Origin: Eledone cirrhosa
Taxonomy: Eukaryota
Length of the DNA: 64,000 nt
Assembly (NCBI GenBank): GCA_964016885.1
Contig: OZ024752.1
Coordinates: 23,498,001-23,562,000, forward strand
Direction of reading: 5' to 3'
Under the pieces are notes generated by a model. It saw only the letters and a program-made list of their open reading frames with translations, did not search any database and had not been told where the DNA came from. This document shows, piece after piece, positions 34,801-52,800 of the stretch (position 1 is the stretch's first letter; the number at the start of each line of letters is the position of its first letter). Both the position numbers and the translations under genes were made by a program.

Positions 34801-37800
34801 CTTTACACATTTAAGACATATTAGGAGTATCATTCATTAGTCATATATACAGCTTTACACATTTAAGACATATTAGGAGTATCATTCATTAGTCATATAT
34901 ACAGCTTTACTCATTTAAGACATATTAGGACTATCATTCATTAGTCATATATACAGCTTTACACATTTAAGACATATTAGGAGTATCATTCATTAGTCAT
35001 ATATACAGCTTTACTCATTTAAGACATATTAGGACTATCATTCATTAGTCATATATACAGCTTTACACATTTAAGACATATTAGGACTATCATTCATTAG
35101 TCATATATACAGCTTTACACATTTAAGACATATTAGGATTATCATTCATTAGTCATATATACAGCTTTACACATTTAAGATTTATTAGGACTATCATTCA
35201 TTAGTCATATATACAGCTTTACACATTTAAGACATATTAGGACTATCATTCATTAGTCATATATACAGCTTTACACATTTAAGATTTATTAGGACTATCA
35301 TTCATTAGTCATATATACAGCTTTACACATTTAAGACATATTAGGACTATCATTCATTAGTCATATATACAGCTTTACACATTTAAGATTTATTAGGACT
35401 ATCATTCATTAGTCATATATACAGCTTTACACATTTAAGACATATTAGGACTATCATTCATTAGTCATATATATATCTTTACACATTTAAGACATATTAG
35501 GAGTATCATTCATTAGTCATATATACAGCTTTACACATTTAAGACATATTAGGACTATCATTCATTAGTCATATATACAGCTTTACACATTTAAGACATA
35601 TTAGGAGTATCATTCATTAGTCATATATACAGCTTTACACATTTAAGACATATTAGGAGTATCATTCATTAGTCATATATACAGCTTTACACATTTAAGA
35701 TTTATTAGGACTATCATTCATTAGTCATATATACAGCTTTACACATTTAAGATATATTAGGAGTATCATTCATTAGTCATATATACAGCTTTACTCTTTT
35801 AAGACATATTAGGACTATCATTCATTAGTCATATATACATCTTTACACATTTAAGACATATTAGGAGTATCATTCATTAGTCATATATACAACTTTACAC
35901 ATTTAAGATTTATTAGGACTATCATTCATTAGTCATATATACATCTTTACACATTTAAGACATATTAGGAGTATCATTCATTAGTCATATATACAGCTTT
36001 ACACATTTAAGACATATTAGGAGTATCATTCATTAGTCATATATACAACTTTACACATTTAAGATTTATTAGGACTATCATTCATTAGTCATATATACAG
36101 CTTTACTCATTTAAGACATATTAGGACTATCATTCATTAGTCATATATACAGCTTTACTCATTTAAGACATATTAGGACTATCATTCATTAGTCATATAT
36201 ACAGCTTTACACATTTAAGACATATTAGGACTATCATTCATTAGTCATATATACAGCTTTACAGATTTAAGACATATTAGGATTATCATTCATTAGTCAT
36301 ATATACAGCTTTACACGTTTAACATTTATTAGGATTATCATTCATTAGGCATATATACAGCTTTACACATTTAAGACATATTAGGAGTATCATTCATTAG
36401 TCATATATACAGCTTTACACATTTAAGACATATTAGGAGTATCATTCATTAGTCATATATACAGCTTTACTCATTTAAGACATATTAGGACTATCATTCA
36501 TTAGTCATATATACAGCTTTACACATTTAAGACATATTAGGAGTATCATTCATTAGTCATATATACAGCTTTACTCATTTAAGACATATTAGGACTATCA
36601 TTCATTAGTCATATATACAGCTTTACACATTTAAGACATATTAGGACTATCATTCATTAGTCATATATACAGCTTTACACATTTAAGACATATTAGGATT
36701 ATCATTCATTAGTCATATATACAGCTTTACACATTTAAGATTTATTAGGACTATCATTCATTAGTCATATATACAGCTTTACACATTTAAGACATATTAG
36801 GACTATCATTCATTAGTCATATATACAGCTTTACACATTTAAGATTTATTAGGACTATCATTCATTAGTCATATATACAGCTTTACACATTTAAGACATA
36901 TTAGGACTATCATTCATTAGTCATATATACAGCTTTACACATTTAAGATTTATTAGGACTATCATTCATTAGTCATATATACAGCTTTACACATTTAAGA
37001 CATATTAGGACTATCATTCATTAGTCATATATATATCTTTACACATTTAAGACATATTAGGAGTATCATTCATTAGTCATATATACAGCTTTACACATTT
37101 AAGACATATTAGGACTATCATTCATTAGTCATATATACAGCTTTACACATTTAAGACATATTAGGAGTATCATTCATTAGTCATATATACAGCTTTACAC
37201 ATTTAAGACATATTAGGAGTATCATTCATTAGTCATATATACAGCTTTACACATTTAAGATTTATTAGGACTATCATTCATTAGTCATATATACAGCGTT
37301 ACACATTTAAGATATATTAGGAGTATCATTCATTAGTCATATATACAGCTTTACTCATTTAAGACATATTAGGACAATCATTCATTAGTCATATATACAT
37401 CTTTACACATTTAAGACATATTAGGAGTATCATTCATTAGTCATATATACAACTTTACACATTTAAGATTTATTAGGACTATCATTCATTAGTCATATAT
37501 ACATCTTTACACATTTAAGACATATTAGGAGTATCATTCATTAGTCATATATACAGCTTTACACATTTAAGACATATTAGGAGTATCATTCATTAGTCAT
37601 ATATACAACTTTACACATTTAAGATTTATTAGGACTATCATTCATTAGTCATATATACAGCTTTACTCATTTAAGACATATTAGGACTATCATTCATTAG
37701 TCATATATACAGCTTTACTCATTTAAGACATATTAGGACTATCATTCATTAGTCATATATACAGCTTTACACATTTAAGACATATTAGGACTATCATTCA

Positions 37801-40800
37801 TTAGTCATATATACAGCTTTACAGATTTAAGACATATTAGGATTATCATTCATTAGTCATATATACAGCTTTACACGTTTAACATTTATTAGGATTATCA
37901 TTCATTAGGCATATATACAGCTTTACACATTTAAGACATATTAGGAGTATCATTCATTAGTCATATATACAGCTTTACACATTTAAGACATATTAGGAGT
38001 ATCATTCATTAGTCATATATACAGCTTTACTCATTTAAGACATATTAGGACTATCATTCATTAGTCATATATACAGCTTTACACATTTAAGACATATTAG
38101 GAGTATCATTCATTAGTCATATATACAGCTTTACTCATTTAAGACATATTAGGACTATCATTCATTAGTCATATATACAGCTTTACACATTTAAGACATA
38201 TTAGGACTATCATTCATTAGTCATATATACAGCTTTACACATTTAAGACATATTAGGATTATCATTCATTAGTCATATATACAGCTTTACACATTTAAGA
38301 TTTATTAGGACTATCATTCATTAGTCATATATACAGCTTTACACATTTAAGACATATTAGGACTATCATTCATTAGTCATATATACAGCTTTACACATTT
38401 AAGATTTATTAGGACTATCATTCATTAGTCATATATACAGCTTTACACATTTAAGACATATTAGGACTATCATTCATTAGTCATATATACAGCTTTACAC
38501 ATTTAAGATTTATTAGGACTATCATTCATTAGTCATATATACAGCTTTACACATTTAAGACATATTAGGACTATCATTCATTAGTCATATATATATCTTT
38601 ACACATTTAAGACATATTAGGAGTATCATTCATTAGTCATATATACAGCTTTACACATTTAAGACATATTAGGACTATCATTCATTAGTCATATATACAG
38701 CTTTACACATTTAAGACATATTAGGAGTATCATTCATTAGTCATATATACAGCTTTACACATTTAAGACATATTAGGAGTATCATTCATTAGTCATATAT
38801 ACAGCTTTACACATTTAAGATTTATTAGGACTATCATTCATTAGTCATATATACAGCGTTACACATTTAAGATATATTAGGAGTATCATTCATTAGTCAT
38901 ATATACAGCTTTACTCATTTAAGACATATTAGGACAATCATTCATTAGTCATATATACATCTTTACACATTTAAGACATATTAGGAGTATCATTCATTAG
39001 TCATATATACAACTTTACACATTTAAGATTTATTAGGACTATCATTCATTAGTCATATATACATCTTTACACATTTAAGACATATTAGGAGTATCATTCA
39101 TTAGTCATATATACAGCTTTACACATTTAAGATTTATTAGGACTATCATTCATTAGTCATATATAAAGCTTTACACATTTAAGACATATTAGGAGTATCA
39201 TTCATTAGTCATATATACAGCTTTACACATTTAAGACATATTAGGAGTATCATTCATTAGTCATATATACAGCTTTACACATTTAAGACATATTAGGAGT
39301 ATCATTCATTAGTCATATATACAGCTTTACTCATTTAAGACATATTAGGACTATCATTCATTAGTCATATATACAGCTTTACTCATTTAAGACATATTAG
39401 GACTATCATTCATTAGTCATATATACAGCTTTACACATTTAAGATTTATTAGGACTATTATTCATTAGTCATATAGACAGCTTTACACATTTAAGACATA
39501 TTAGGAGTATCATTCGGTAGTCATATATACAGCTTTACTCAATTAAGACATATTAGGACTATCATTCATTAGTCATATATACAGCTTTACACATTTAAGA
39601 TTTATTAGGACTATCATTCATTAGTCATATATACAGCTTTACAGATTTAAGACATATTAGGATTATCATTCATTAGTCATATATACAGCTTTACACGTTT
39701 AACATTTATTAGGATTATCATTCATTAGTCATATATACAGCTTTACACATTTAAGACATATTAGGAGTATCATTCATTAGTCATATATACAGCTTTACAC
39801 ATTTAAGACATATTAGGAGTATCATTCATTAGTCATATATACAGCTTTACTCATTTAAGACATATTAGGACTATCATTCATTAGTCATATATACAGCTTT
39901 ACACATTTAAGACATATTAGGAGTATCATTCATTAGTCATATATACAGCTTTACTCATTTAAGACATATTAGGACTATCATTCATTAGTCATATATACAG
40001 CTTTACACATTTAAGACATATTAGGACTATCATTCATTAGTCATATATACAGCTTTACACATTTAAGACATATTAGGATTATCATTCATTAGTCATATAT
40101 ACAGCTTTACACATTTAAGATTTATTAGGACTATCATTCATTAGTCATATATACAGCTTTACACATTTAAGACATATTAGGACTATCATTCATTAGTCAT
40201 ATATACAGCTTTACACATTTAAGATTTATTAGGACTATCATTCATTAGTCATATATACAGCTTTACACATTTAAGACATATTAGGACTATCATTCATTAG
40301 TCATATATACAGCTTTACACATTTAAGATTTATTAGGACTATCATTCATTAGTCATATATACAGCTTTACACATTTAAGACATATTAGGACTATCATTCA
40401 TTAGTCATATATATATCTTTACACATTTAAGACATATTAGGAGTATCATTCATTAGTCATATATACAGCTTTACACATTTAAGACATATTAGGACTATCA
40501 TTCATTAGTCATATATACAGCTTTACACATTTAAGACATATTAGGAGTATCATTCATTAGTCATATATACAGCTTTACACATTTAAGACATATTAGGAGT
40601 ATCATTCATTAGTCATATATACAGCTTTACACATTTAAGATTTATTAGGACTATCATTCATTAGTCATATATACAGCGTTACACATTTAAGATATATTAG
40701 GAGTATCATTCATTAGTCATATATACAGCTTTACTCATTTAAGACATATTAGGACTATCATTCATTAGTCATATATACATCTTTACACATTTAAGACATA

Positions 40801-43800
40801 TTAGGAGTATCATTCATTAGTCATATATACAACTTTACACATTTAAGACATATTAGGAGTATCATTCGGTAGTCATATATACAGCTTTACTCAATTAAGA
40901 CATATTAGGAGTATCATTCATTAGTCATATATACAGCTTTACACATTTAAGATTTATTAGGACTATCATTCATTAGTCATATATAAAGCTTTACACATTT
41001 AAGACATATTAGGAGTATCATTCATTAGTCATATATACAGCTTTACACATTTAAGACATATTAGGAGTATCATTCATTAGTCATATATACAGCTTTACAC
41101 ATTTAAGACATATTAGGAGTATCATTCATTAGTCATATATACAGCTTTACTCATTTAAGACATATTAGGACTATCATTCATTAGTCATATATACAGCTTT
41201 ACTCATTTAAGACATATTAGGACTATCATTCATTAGTCATATATACAGCTTTACACATTTAAGATTTATTAGGACTATTATTCATTAGTCATATAGACAG
41301 CTTTACACATTTAAGACATATTAGGAGTATCATTCGGTAGTCATATATACAGCTTTACTCAATTAAGACATATTAGGACTATCATTCATTAGTCATATAT
41401 ACAGCTTTACACATTTAAGATTTATTAGGACTATCATTCATTAGTCATATATACATCTTTACACATTTAAGACATATTAGGAGTATCATTCATTAGTCAT
41501 ATATACAACTTTACACATTTAAGATTTATTAGGACTATCATTCATTAGTCATATATACATCTTTACACATTTAAGACATATTAGGAGTATCATTCATTAG
41601 TCATATATACAGCTTTACACATTTAAGATTTATTAGGACTATCATTCATTAGTCATATATAAAGCTTTACACATTTAAGACATATTAGGAGTATCATTCA
41701 TTAGTCATATATACAGCTTTACACATTTAAGACATATTAGGAGTATCATTCATTAGTCATATATACAGCTTTACACATTTAAGACATATTAGGAGTATCA
41801 TTCATTAGTCATATATACAGCTTTACTCATTTAAGACATATTAGGACTATCATTCATTAGTCATATATACAGCTTTACTCATTTAAGACATATTAGGACT
41901 ATCATTCATTAGTCATATATACAGCTTTACACATTTAAGATTTATTAGGACTATTATTCATTAGTCATATAGACAGCTTTACACATTTAAGACATATTAG
42001 GAGTATCATTCGGTAGTCATATATACAGCTTTACTCAATTAAGACATATTAGGACTATCATTCATTAGTCATATATACAGCTTTACACATTTAAGATTTA
42101 TTAGGACTATCATTCATTAGTCATATATACAGCTTTACACATTTAAGACATATTAGGACTATCATTCATTAGTCATATATACAGCTTTACACATTTAAGA
42201 CATATTAGGAGTATCATTCATTAGTCATATATACAGCTTTACACATTTAAGATTTATTAGGACTATCATTCATTAGTCATATATACAGCTTTACACATTT
42301 AAGACATATTAGGACTATCATTCATTAGTCATATATACAGCTTTACACATTTAAGACATATTAGGACTATCATTCATTAGTCATATATACAGCTTTACAC
42401 ATTTAAGATTTATTAGGACTATCATTCATTAGTCATATATACAGCTTTACACATTTAAGACATATTAGGACTATCATTCGCTAGTCATATATACATCTTT
42501 ACACATTTAAGACATATTAGGAGTATCATTCATTAGTCATATATACTGCTTTACACATTTAAGACATATTAGGAGTATCATTCATTAGTGATATATACAG
42601 CTTTACTCATTTAAGACATATTAGGAGTATCATTCATTAGTCATATATACAGCTTTACACATTTAAGACATATTAGGACTATCATTCATTAGTCATATAT
42701 ACAGCTTTACACATTTAAGACATATTAGGAGTATCATTCATTAGTCATATATACAGCTTTACACATTTAAGACATATTAGGAGTATCATTCATTAGTCAT
42801 ATATACATCTTTACACATTTAAGACATATTAGGAGTATCATTCATTAGTCATATATACAGCTTTACTCATTTAAGACATATTAGGACTACCATTCATTTG
42901 TCATATATACAGCTTTACTCATTTAAGACATATTAGGACTATCATTCATTAGTCATATATACAGCTTTACACATTTAAGATTTATTAGGACTATCATTCA
43001 TTAGTCATATATACAGCTTTACACATTTAAGACATATTAGGAGTATCATTCATTAGTCATATATACAGCTTTACACATTTAAGACATATTAAGACTATCA
43101 TTCATTAGTCATATATACAGCTTTACACATTTAAGACATATTAGGAGTATCATTCATTAGTCATATATACAGCTTTACACATTTAAGACATATTAGGACT
43201 ATCATTCATTAGTCATATATACAGCTTTACTCATTTAAGACATATTAGGACTATCATTCATTAGTCATATATACAACTTTACTCATTTAAGACATATTAG
43301 GAGTATCATTCATTAGTCATATATACAGCTTTACTCATTTAAGACATATTAGGAGTATCATTCATTAGTCATATATACAGCTTTACTCATTTAAGACATA
43401 TTAGGAGTATCATTCATTTGTCATATATACAGCTTTACTCATTTAAGACATATTAGTACTATCATTCATTAGTCATATATACAACTTTACTCATTTAAGA
43501 CATATTAGGAGTATCATTCATTAGTCATATATACAGCTTTACTCATTTAAGACATATTAGGAGTATCATTCATTAGTCATATATACAGCTTTACACATTT
43601 AAGACATATTAGGAGTATCATTCATTAGTCATATATACAGCTTTACACATTTAAGACATATTAGGAGTATCATTCATTAGTCATATATACAGCTTTACAC
43701 TTTTAAGACATATTAGGACTATCATTCATTAGTCATATATACAACTTTACTCATTTAAGACATATTAGGACTATCATTCATTAGTCATATATACAGCTTT

Positions 43801-46800
43801 ACACATTTAAGACATATTAGGAGTATCATTCATTAGTCATATATACAGCTTTACACATTTAAGACATATTAGGACTATTATTCATTAGTCATATATACAG
43901 CTTTACTCATTTAAGACATATTAGGACTATCATTCATTAGTCATATATACATCTTTACACATTTAAGATATATTAGGAGTATCATTCATTAGTCATATAT
44001 ACAGCTTTACACATTTAAGACATATTAGGACTATCATTCATTAGTCATATATACAGCTTTACACATTTAAGATATATTAGGAGTATCATTCATTAGTCAT
44101 ATATACAGCTTTACACATTTAAGACATATTAGGATTATCATTCATTAGTCATATATACATCTTTACACATTTAAGACATATTAGGACTATCATTCGCTAG
44201 TCATATATACATCTTTACACATTTAAGATTTATTAGGACTATCATTCATTAGTCATATATACATCTTTACACATTTAAGACATATTAGGAGTATCATTCA
44301 TTAGTCATATATACAGCTTTACACATTTAAGACATATTAGGAGTATCATTCATTAGTCATATATACAACTTTACACATTTAAGATTTATTAGGACTATCA
44401 TTCATTAGTCATATATACAGCTTTACTCATTTAAGACATATTAGGACTATCATTCATTAGTCATATATACAGCTTTACTCATTTAAGACATATTAGGACT
44501 ATCATTCATTAGTCATATATACAGCTTTACACATTTAAGACATATTAGGACTATCATTCATTAGTCATATATACAGCTTTACAGATTTAAGACATATTAG
44601 GATTATCATTCATTAGTCATATATACAGCTTTACACGTTTAACATTTATTAGGATTATCATTCATTAGTCATATATACAGCTTTACACATTTAAGACATA
44701 TTAGGAGTATCATTCATTAGTCATATATACAGCTTTACACATTTAAGACATATTAGGAGTATCATTCATTAGTCATATATACAGCTTTACTCATTTAAGA
44801 CATATTAGGACTATCATTCATTAGTCATATATACAGCTTTACACATTTAAGACATATTAGGAGTATCATTCATTAGTCATATATACAGCTTTACTCATTT
44901 AAGACATATTAGGACTATCATTCATTAGTCATATATACAGCTTTACACATTTAAGACATATTAGGACTATCATTCATTAGTCATATATACAGCTTTACAC
45001 ATTTAAGACATATTAGGATTATCATTCATTAGTCATATATACAGCTTTACACATTTAAGATTTATTAGGACTATCATTCATTAGTCATATATACAGCTTT
45101 ACACATTTAAGACATATTAGGACTATCATTCATTAGTCATATATACAGCTTTACACATTTAAGATTTATTAGGACTATCATTCATTAGTCATATATACAG
45201 CTTTACACATTTAAGACATATTAGGACTATCATTCATTAGTCATATATACAGCTTTACACATTTAAGATTTATTAGGACTATCATTCATTAGTCATATAT
45301 ACAGCTTTACACATTTAAGACATATTAGGACTATCATTCATTAGTCATATATATATCTTTACACATTTAAGACATATTAGGAGTATCATTCATTAGTCAT
45401 ATATACAGCTTTACACATTTAAGACATATTAGGAGTATCATTCATTAGTCATATATACAGCTTTACACATTTAAGACATATTAGGAGTATCATTCATTAG
45501 TCATATATACAGCTTTACACATTTAAGATTTATTAGGACTATCATTCATTAGTCATATATACAGCTTTACACATTTAAGATATATTAGGAGTATCATTCA
45601 TTAGTCATATATACAGCTTTACTCATTTAAGACATATTAGGACTATCATTCATTAGTCATATATACATCTTTACACATTTAAGACATATTAGGAGTATCA
45701 TTCATTAGTCATATATACAACTTTACACATTTAAGATTTATTAGGACTATCATTCATTAGTCATATATACATCTTTACACATTTAAGACATATTAGGAGT
45801 ATCATTCATTAGTCATATATACAGCTTTACACATTTAAGACATATTAGGACCATCATTCATTAGTCATATATACAGCTTTACACATTTAAGACATATTAG
45901 GAGTATCATTCATTAGTCATATATACAGCTTTACACATTTAAGATTTATTAGGACTATCATTCATTAGTCATATATAAAGCTTTACACATTTAAGACATA
46001 TTAGGAGTATCATTCATTAGTCATATATACAGCTTTACACATTTAAGACATATTAGGAGTATCATTCATTAGTCATATATACAGCTTTACACATTTAAGA
46101 CATATTAGGAGTATCATTCATTAGTCATATATACAGCTTTACTCATTTAAGACATATTAGGACTATCATTCATTAGTCATATATACAGCTTTACTCATTT
46201 AAGACATATTAGGACTATCATTCATTAGTCATATATACAGCTTTACACATTTAAGATTTATTAGGACTATTATTCATTAGTCATATAGACAGCTTTACAC
46301 ATTTAAGACATATTAGGAGTATCATTCGGTAGTCATATATACAGCTTTACTCAATTAAGACATATTAGGACTATCATTCATTAGTCATATATACAGCTTT
46401 ACACATTTAAGATTTATTAGGACTATCATTCATTAGTCATATATACAGCTTTACACATTTAAGACATATTAGGACTATCATTCATTAGTCATATATACAG
46501 CTTTACACATTTAAGACATATTAGGAGTATCATTCATTAGTCATATATACAGCTTTACACATTTAAGATTTATTAGGACTATCATTCATTAGTCATATAT
46601 ACAGCTTTACACATTTAAGACATATTAGGACTATCATTCATTAGTCATATATACAGCTTTACACATTTAAGACATATTAGGACTATAATTCATTAGTCAT
46701 ATATACAGCTTTACACATTTAAGATTTATTAGGACTATCATTCATTAGTCATATATACAGCTTTACACATTTAAGACATATTAGGACTATCATTCGCTAG

Positions 46801-49800
46801 TCATATATACATCTTTACACATTTAAGACATATTAGGAGTATCATTCATTAGTCATATATACTGCTTTACACATTTAAGACATATTAGGAGTATCATTCA
46901 TTAGTGATATATACAGCTTTACTCATTTAAGACATATTAGGAGTATCATTCATTAGTCATATATACAGCTTTACACATTTAAGACATATTAGGACTATCA
47001 TTCATTAGTCATATATACAGCTTTACACATTTAAGACATATTAGGAGTATCATTCATTAGTCATATATACAGCTTTACACATTTAAGACATATTAGGAGT
47101 ATCATTCATTAGTCATATATACAGCTTTACACATTTAAGACATATTAGGACTATTATTCATTAGTCATATATACAGCTTCACACATTTAAGATTTATTAG
47201 GACTATCATTCATTAGTCATTAGTCATATATACATCTTTACACATTTAAGATTTATTAGGACTATCATTCATTAGTCATATATACAGCTTTACACATTTA
47301 AGACATATTAGGAGTATCATTCATTAGTCATATATACATCTTTACACATTTAAGACATATTAGGAGTATCATTCATTAGTCATATATACAGCTTTACTCA
47401 TTTAAGACATATTAGGACTACCATTCATTTGTCATATATACAGCTTTACTCATTTAAGACATATTAGGACTATCATTCATTAGTCATATATACAGCTTTA
47501 CACATTTAAGATTTATTAGGACTATCATTCATTAGTCATATATACAGCTTTACACATTTAAGACATATTAGGAGTATCATTCATTAGTCATATATACAGC
47601 TTTACACATTTAAGACATATTAGGACTATCATTCATTAGTCATATATACAGCTTTACACATTTAAGACATATTAGGAGTATCATTGATTAGTCATATATA
47701 CAGCTTTACACATTTAAGACATATTAGGACTATCATTCATTAGTCATATATACAGCTTTACTCATTTAAGACATATTAGGACTATCATTCATTAGTCATA
47801 TATACAACTTTACTCATTTAAGACATATTAGGAGTATCATTCATTAGTCATATATACAGCTTTACTCATTTAAGACATATTAGGAGTATCATTCATTAGT
47901 CATATATACAGCTTTACTCATTTAAGACATATTAGGAGTATCATTCATTTGTCATATATACAGCTTTACTCATTTAAGACATATTAGTACTATCATTCAT
48001 TAGTCATATATACAACTTTACTCATTTAAGACATATTAGGAGTATCATTCATTAGTCATATATACAGCTTTACTCATTTAAGACATATTAGGAGTATCAT
48101 TCATTAGTCATATATACAGCTTTACACATTTAAGACATATTAGGAGTATCATTCATTAGTCATATATACAGCTTTACACATTTAAGACATATTAGGAGTA
48201 TCATTCATTAGTCATATATACAGCTTTACACTTTTAAGACATATTAGGACTATCATTCATTAGTCATATATACAACTTTACTCATTTAAGACATATTAGG
48301 ACTATCATTCATTAGTCATATATACAGCTTTACACATTTAAGACATATTAGGAGTATCATTCATTAGTCATATATACAGCTTTACACATTTAAGACATAT
48401 TAGGACTATTATTCATTAGTCATATATACAGCTTTACTCATTTAAGACATATTAGGACTATCATTCATTAGTCATATATACATCTTTACACATTTAAGAC
48501 ATATTAGGAGTATCATTCATTAGTCATATATACAGCTTTACACATTTAAGACATATTAGGACTATCATTCATTAGTCATATATACAGCTTTACACATTTA
48601 AGATATATTAGGAGTATCATTCATTAGTCATATATACAGCTTTACACATTTAAGACATATTAGGATTATCATTCATTAGTCATATATACATCTTTACACA
48701 TTTAAGACATATTAGGACTATCATTCGCTAGTCATATATACATCTTTACACATTTAAGACATATTAGGAGTATCATTCATTAGTCATATATACTGCTTTA
48801 CACATTTAAGACATATTAGGAGTATCATTCATTAGTGATATATACAGCTTTACTCATTTAAGACATATTAGGAGTATCATTCATTAGTCATATATACAGC
48901 TTTACACATTTAAGACATATTAGGACTATCATTCATTAGTCATATATACAGCTTTACACATTTAAGACATATTAGGAGTATCATTCATTAGTCATATATA
49001 CAGCTTTACACATTTAAGACATATTAGGAGTATCATTCATTAGTCATATATACAGCTTTACACATTTAAGACATATTAGGACTATTATTCATTTGTCATA
49101 TATACAGCTTCACACATTTAAGACATATTAGGACTATCATTCATTAGTCATATATACAGCTTTACACATTTAAGACATATTAGGAGTATCATTCATTAGT
49201 CATATATACAGCTTTACACATTTAAGACATATTAGGACTATCATTCATTAGTCATATATACAGCTTTACACATTTAAGACATATTAGGAGTATCATTCAT
49301 TAGTCATATATACAGCTTTACACATTTAAGACATATTAGGAGTATCATTCATTAGTCATATATACATCTTTACACATTTAAGACATATTAGGAGTATCAT
49401 TCATTAGTCATATATACAGCTTTACACATTTAAGATATATTAGGAGTATCATTCATTAGTCATATATACAGCTTTACTCATTTAAGACATATTAGGACTA
49501 CCATTCATTTGTCATATATACAGCTTTACTCATTTAAGACATATTAGGACTATCATTCATTAGTCATATATACAGCTTTACACATTTAAGATTTATTAGG
49601 ACTATCATTCATTAGTCATATATACAGCTTTACACATTTAAGACATATTAGGAGTATCATTCATTAGTCATATATACAGCTTTACACATTTAAGACATAT
49701 TAGGACTATCATTCATTAGTCATATATACAGCTTTACACATTTAAGACATATTAGGAGTATCATTCATTAGTCATATATACAGCTTTACACATTTAAGAC

Positions 49801-52800
49801 ATATTAGGACTATCATTCATTAGTCATATATACAGCTTTACTCATTTAAGACATATTAGGACTATCATTCATTAGTCATATATACAACTTTACTCATTTA
49901 AGACATATTAGGATTATCATTCATTAGTCATATATACAGCTTTACTCATTTAAGACATATTAGGAGTATCATTCATTAGTCATATATACAGCTTTACTCA
50001 TTTAAGACATATTAGGAGTATCATTCATTAGTCATATATACAGCTTTACTCATTTAAGACATATTAGTACTATCATTCATTAGTCATATATACAACTTTA
50101 CTCATTTAAGACATATTAGGAGTATCATTCATTAGTCATATATACAGCTTTACTCATTTAAGTCATATTAGGAGTATCATTCATTAGTCATATATACAGC
50201 TTTACACATTTAAGACATATTAGGAGTATCATTCATTAGTCATATATACAGCTTTACACATTTAAGACATATTAGGAGTATCATTCATTAGTCATATATA
50301 CAGCTTTACACTTTTAAGACATATTAGGACTATCATTCATTAGTCATATATACAACTTTACTCATTTAGGACATATTAGGACTATCATTCATTAGTCATT
50401 TATACAGCTTTACACATTTAAGACATATTTGGAGTATCATTCATTAGTCATATATACAGCTTTACACATTTAAGACATATTAGGACTATTATTCATTAGT
50501 CATATATACAGCTTTACTCATTTAAGACATATTAGGAGTATCATTCATTAGTCATATATACAGCTTTACTCATTTAAGACATATTAGGAGTATCATTCAT
50601 TAGTCATATATACAGCTTTACACATTTAAGACATATTAGGAGTATCATTCATTAGTCATATATACAGCTTTACACATTTAAGACATATTAGGAGTATCAT
50701 TCATTAGTCATATATACAGCTTTACACTTTTAAGACATATTAGGACTATCATTCATTAGTCATATATACAACTTTACTCATTTAAGACATATTAGGACTA
50801 TCATTCATTAGTCATATATACAGCTTTACTCATTTAAGACATATTAGGACTACCATTCATTTGTCATATATACAGCTTTACTCATTTAAGACATATTAGG
50901 AGTATCATTCATTAGTCATATATACAGCTTTACACATTTAAGACATATTAGGACTATCATTCATTAGTCATATATACAGCTTTACACATTTAAGACATAT
51001 TAGGAGTATCATTCATTAGTCATATATACAGCTTTACTCATTTAAGACATATTAGTACTATCATTCATTAGTCATATATACAGCTTTACACATTTAAGAT
51101 TTATTAGGACTATCATTCATTAGTCATATATACAGCTTTACACATTTAAGACATATTAGGAGTATCATTCATTAGTCATATATACAGCTTTACACATTTA
51201 AGACATATTAGGACTATCATTCATTAGTCATATATACAGCTTTACACATTTAAGACATATTAGGAGTATCATTCATTAGTCATATATACAGCTTTACTCA
51301 TTTAAGACATATTAGTACTATCATTCATTAGTCATATATACAACTTTACTCATTTAAGACATATTAGGAGTATCATTCATTAGTCATATATACAGCTTTA
51401 CTCATTTAAGTCATATTAGGAGTATCATTCATTAGTCATATATACAGCTTTACACATTTAAGACATATTAGGAGTATCATTCATTAGTCATATATACAGC
51501 TTTACACATTTAAGACATATTAGGAGTATCATTCATTAGTCATATATACAGCTTTACACTTTTAAGACATATTAGGACTATCATTCATTAGTCATATATA
51601 CAACTTTACTCATTTAGGACATATTAGGACTATCATTCATTAGTCATTTATACAGCTTTACACATTTAAGACATATTTGGAGTATCATTCATTAGTCATA
51701 TATACAGCTTTACACATTTAAGACATATTAGGACTATTATTCATTAGTCATATATACAGCTTTACTCATTTAAGACATATTAGGAGTATCATTCATTAGT
51801 CATATATACAGCTTTACTCATTTAAGACATATTAGGAGTATCATTCATTAGTCATATATACAGCTTTACACATTTAAGACATATTAGGAGTATCATTCAT
51901 TAGTCATATATACAGCTTTACACATTTAAGACATATTAGGAGTATCATTCATTAGTCATATATACAGCTTTACACTTTTAAGACATATTAGGACTATCAT
52001 TCATTAGTCATATATACAACTTTACTCATTTAAGACATATTAGGACTATCATTCATTAGTCATATATACAGCTTTACTCATTTAAGACATATTAGGACTA
52101 CCATTCATTTGTCATATATACAGCTTTACTCATTTAAGACATATTAGGACTATCATTCATTAGTCATATATACAGCTTTACACATTTAAGATTTATTAGG
52201 ACTATCATTCATTAGTCATATATACAGCTTTACACATTTAAGACATATTAGGAGTATCATTCATTAGTCATATATACAGCTTTACACATTTAAGACATAT
52301 TAGGACTATCATTCATTAGTCATATATACAGCTTTACACATTTAAGACATATTAGGAGTATCATTCATTAGTCATATATACAGCTTTACACATTTAAGAC
52401 ATATTAGCACTATCATTCATTAGTCATATATACAGCTTTACTCATTTAAGACATATTAGGACTATCATTCATTAGTCATATATACAACTTTACTCATTTA
52501 AGACATATTAGGAGTATCATTCATTAGTCATATATACAGCTTTACACATTTAAGACATATTAGGAGTATCATTCATTAGTCATATATACAGCTTTACTCA
52601 TTTAAGACATATTAGGAGTATCATTCATTAGTCATATATACAGCTTTACTCATTTAAGACATATTAGTACTATCATTCATTAGTCATATATACAACTTTA
52701 CTCATTTAAGACATATTAGGAGTATCATTCATTAGTCATATATACAGCTTTACTCATTTAAGACATATTAGAAGTATCATTCATTAGTCATATATACAGC

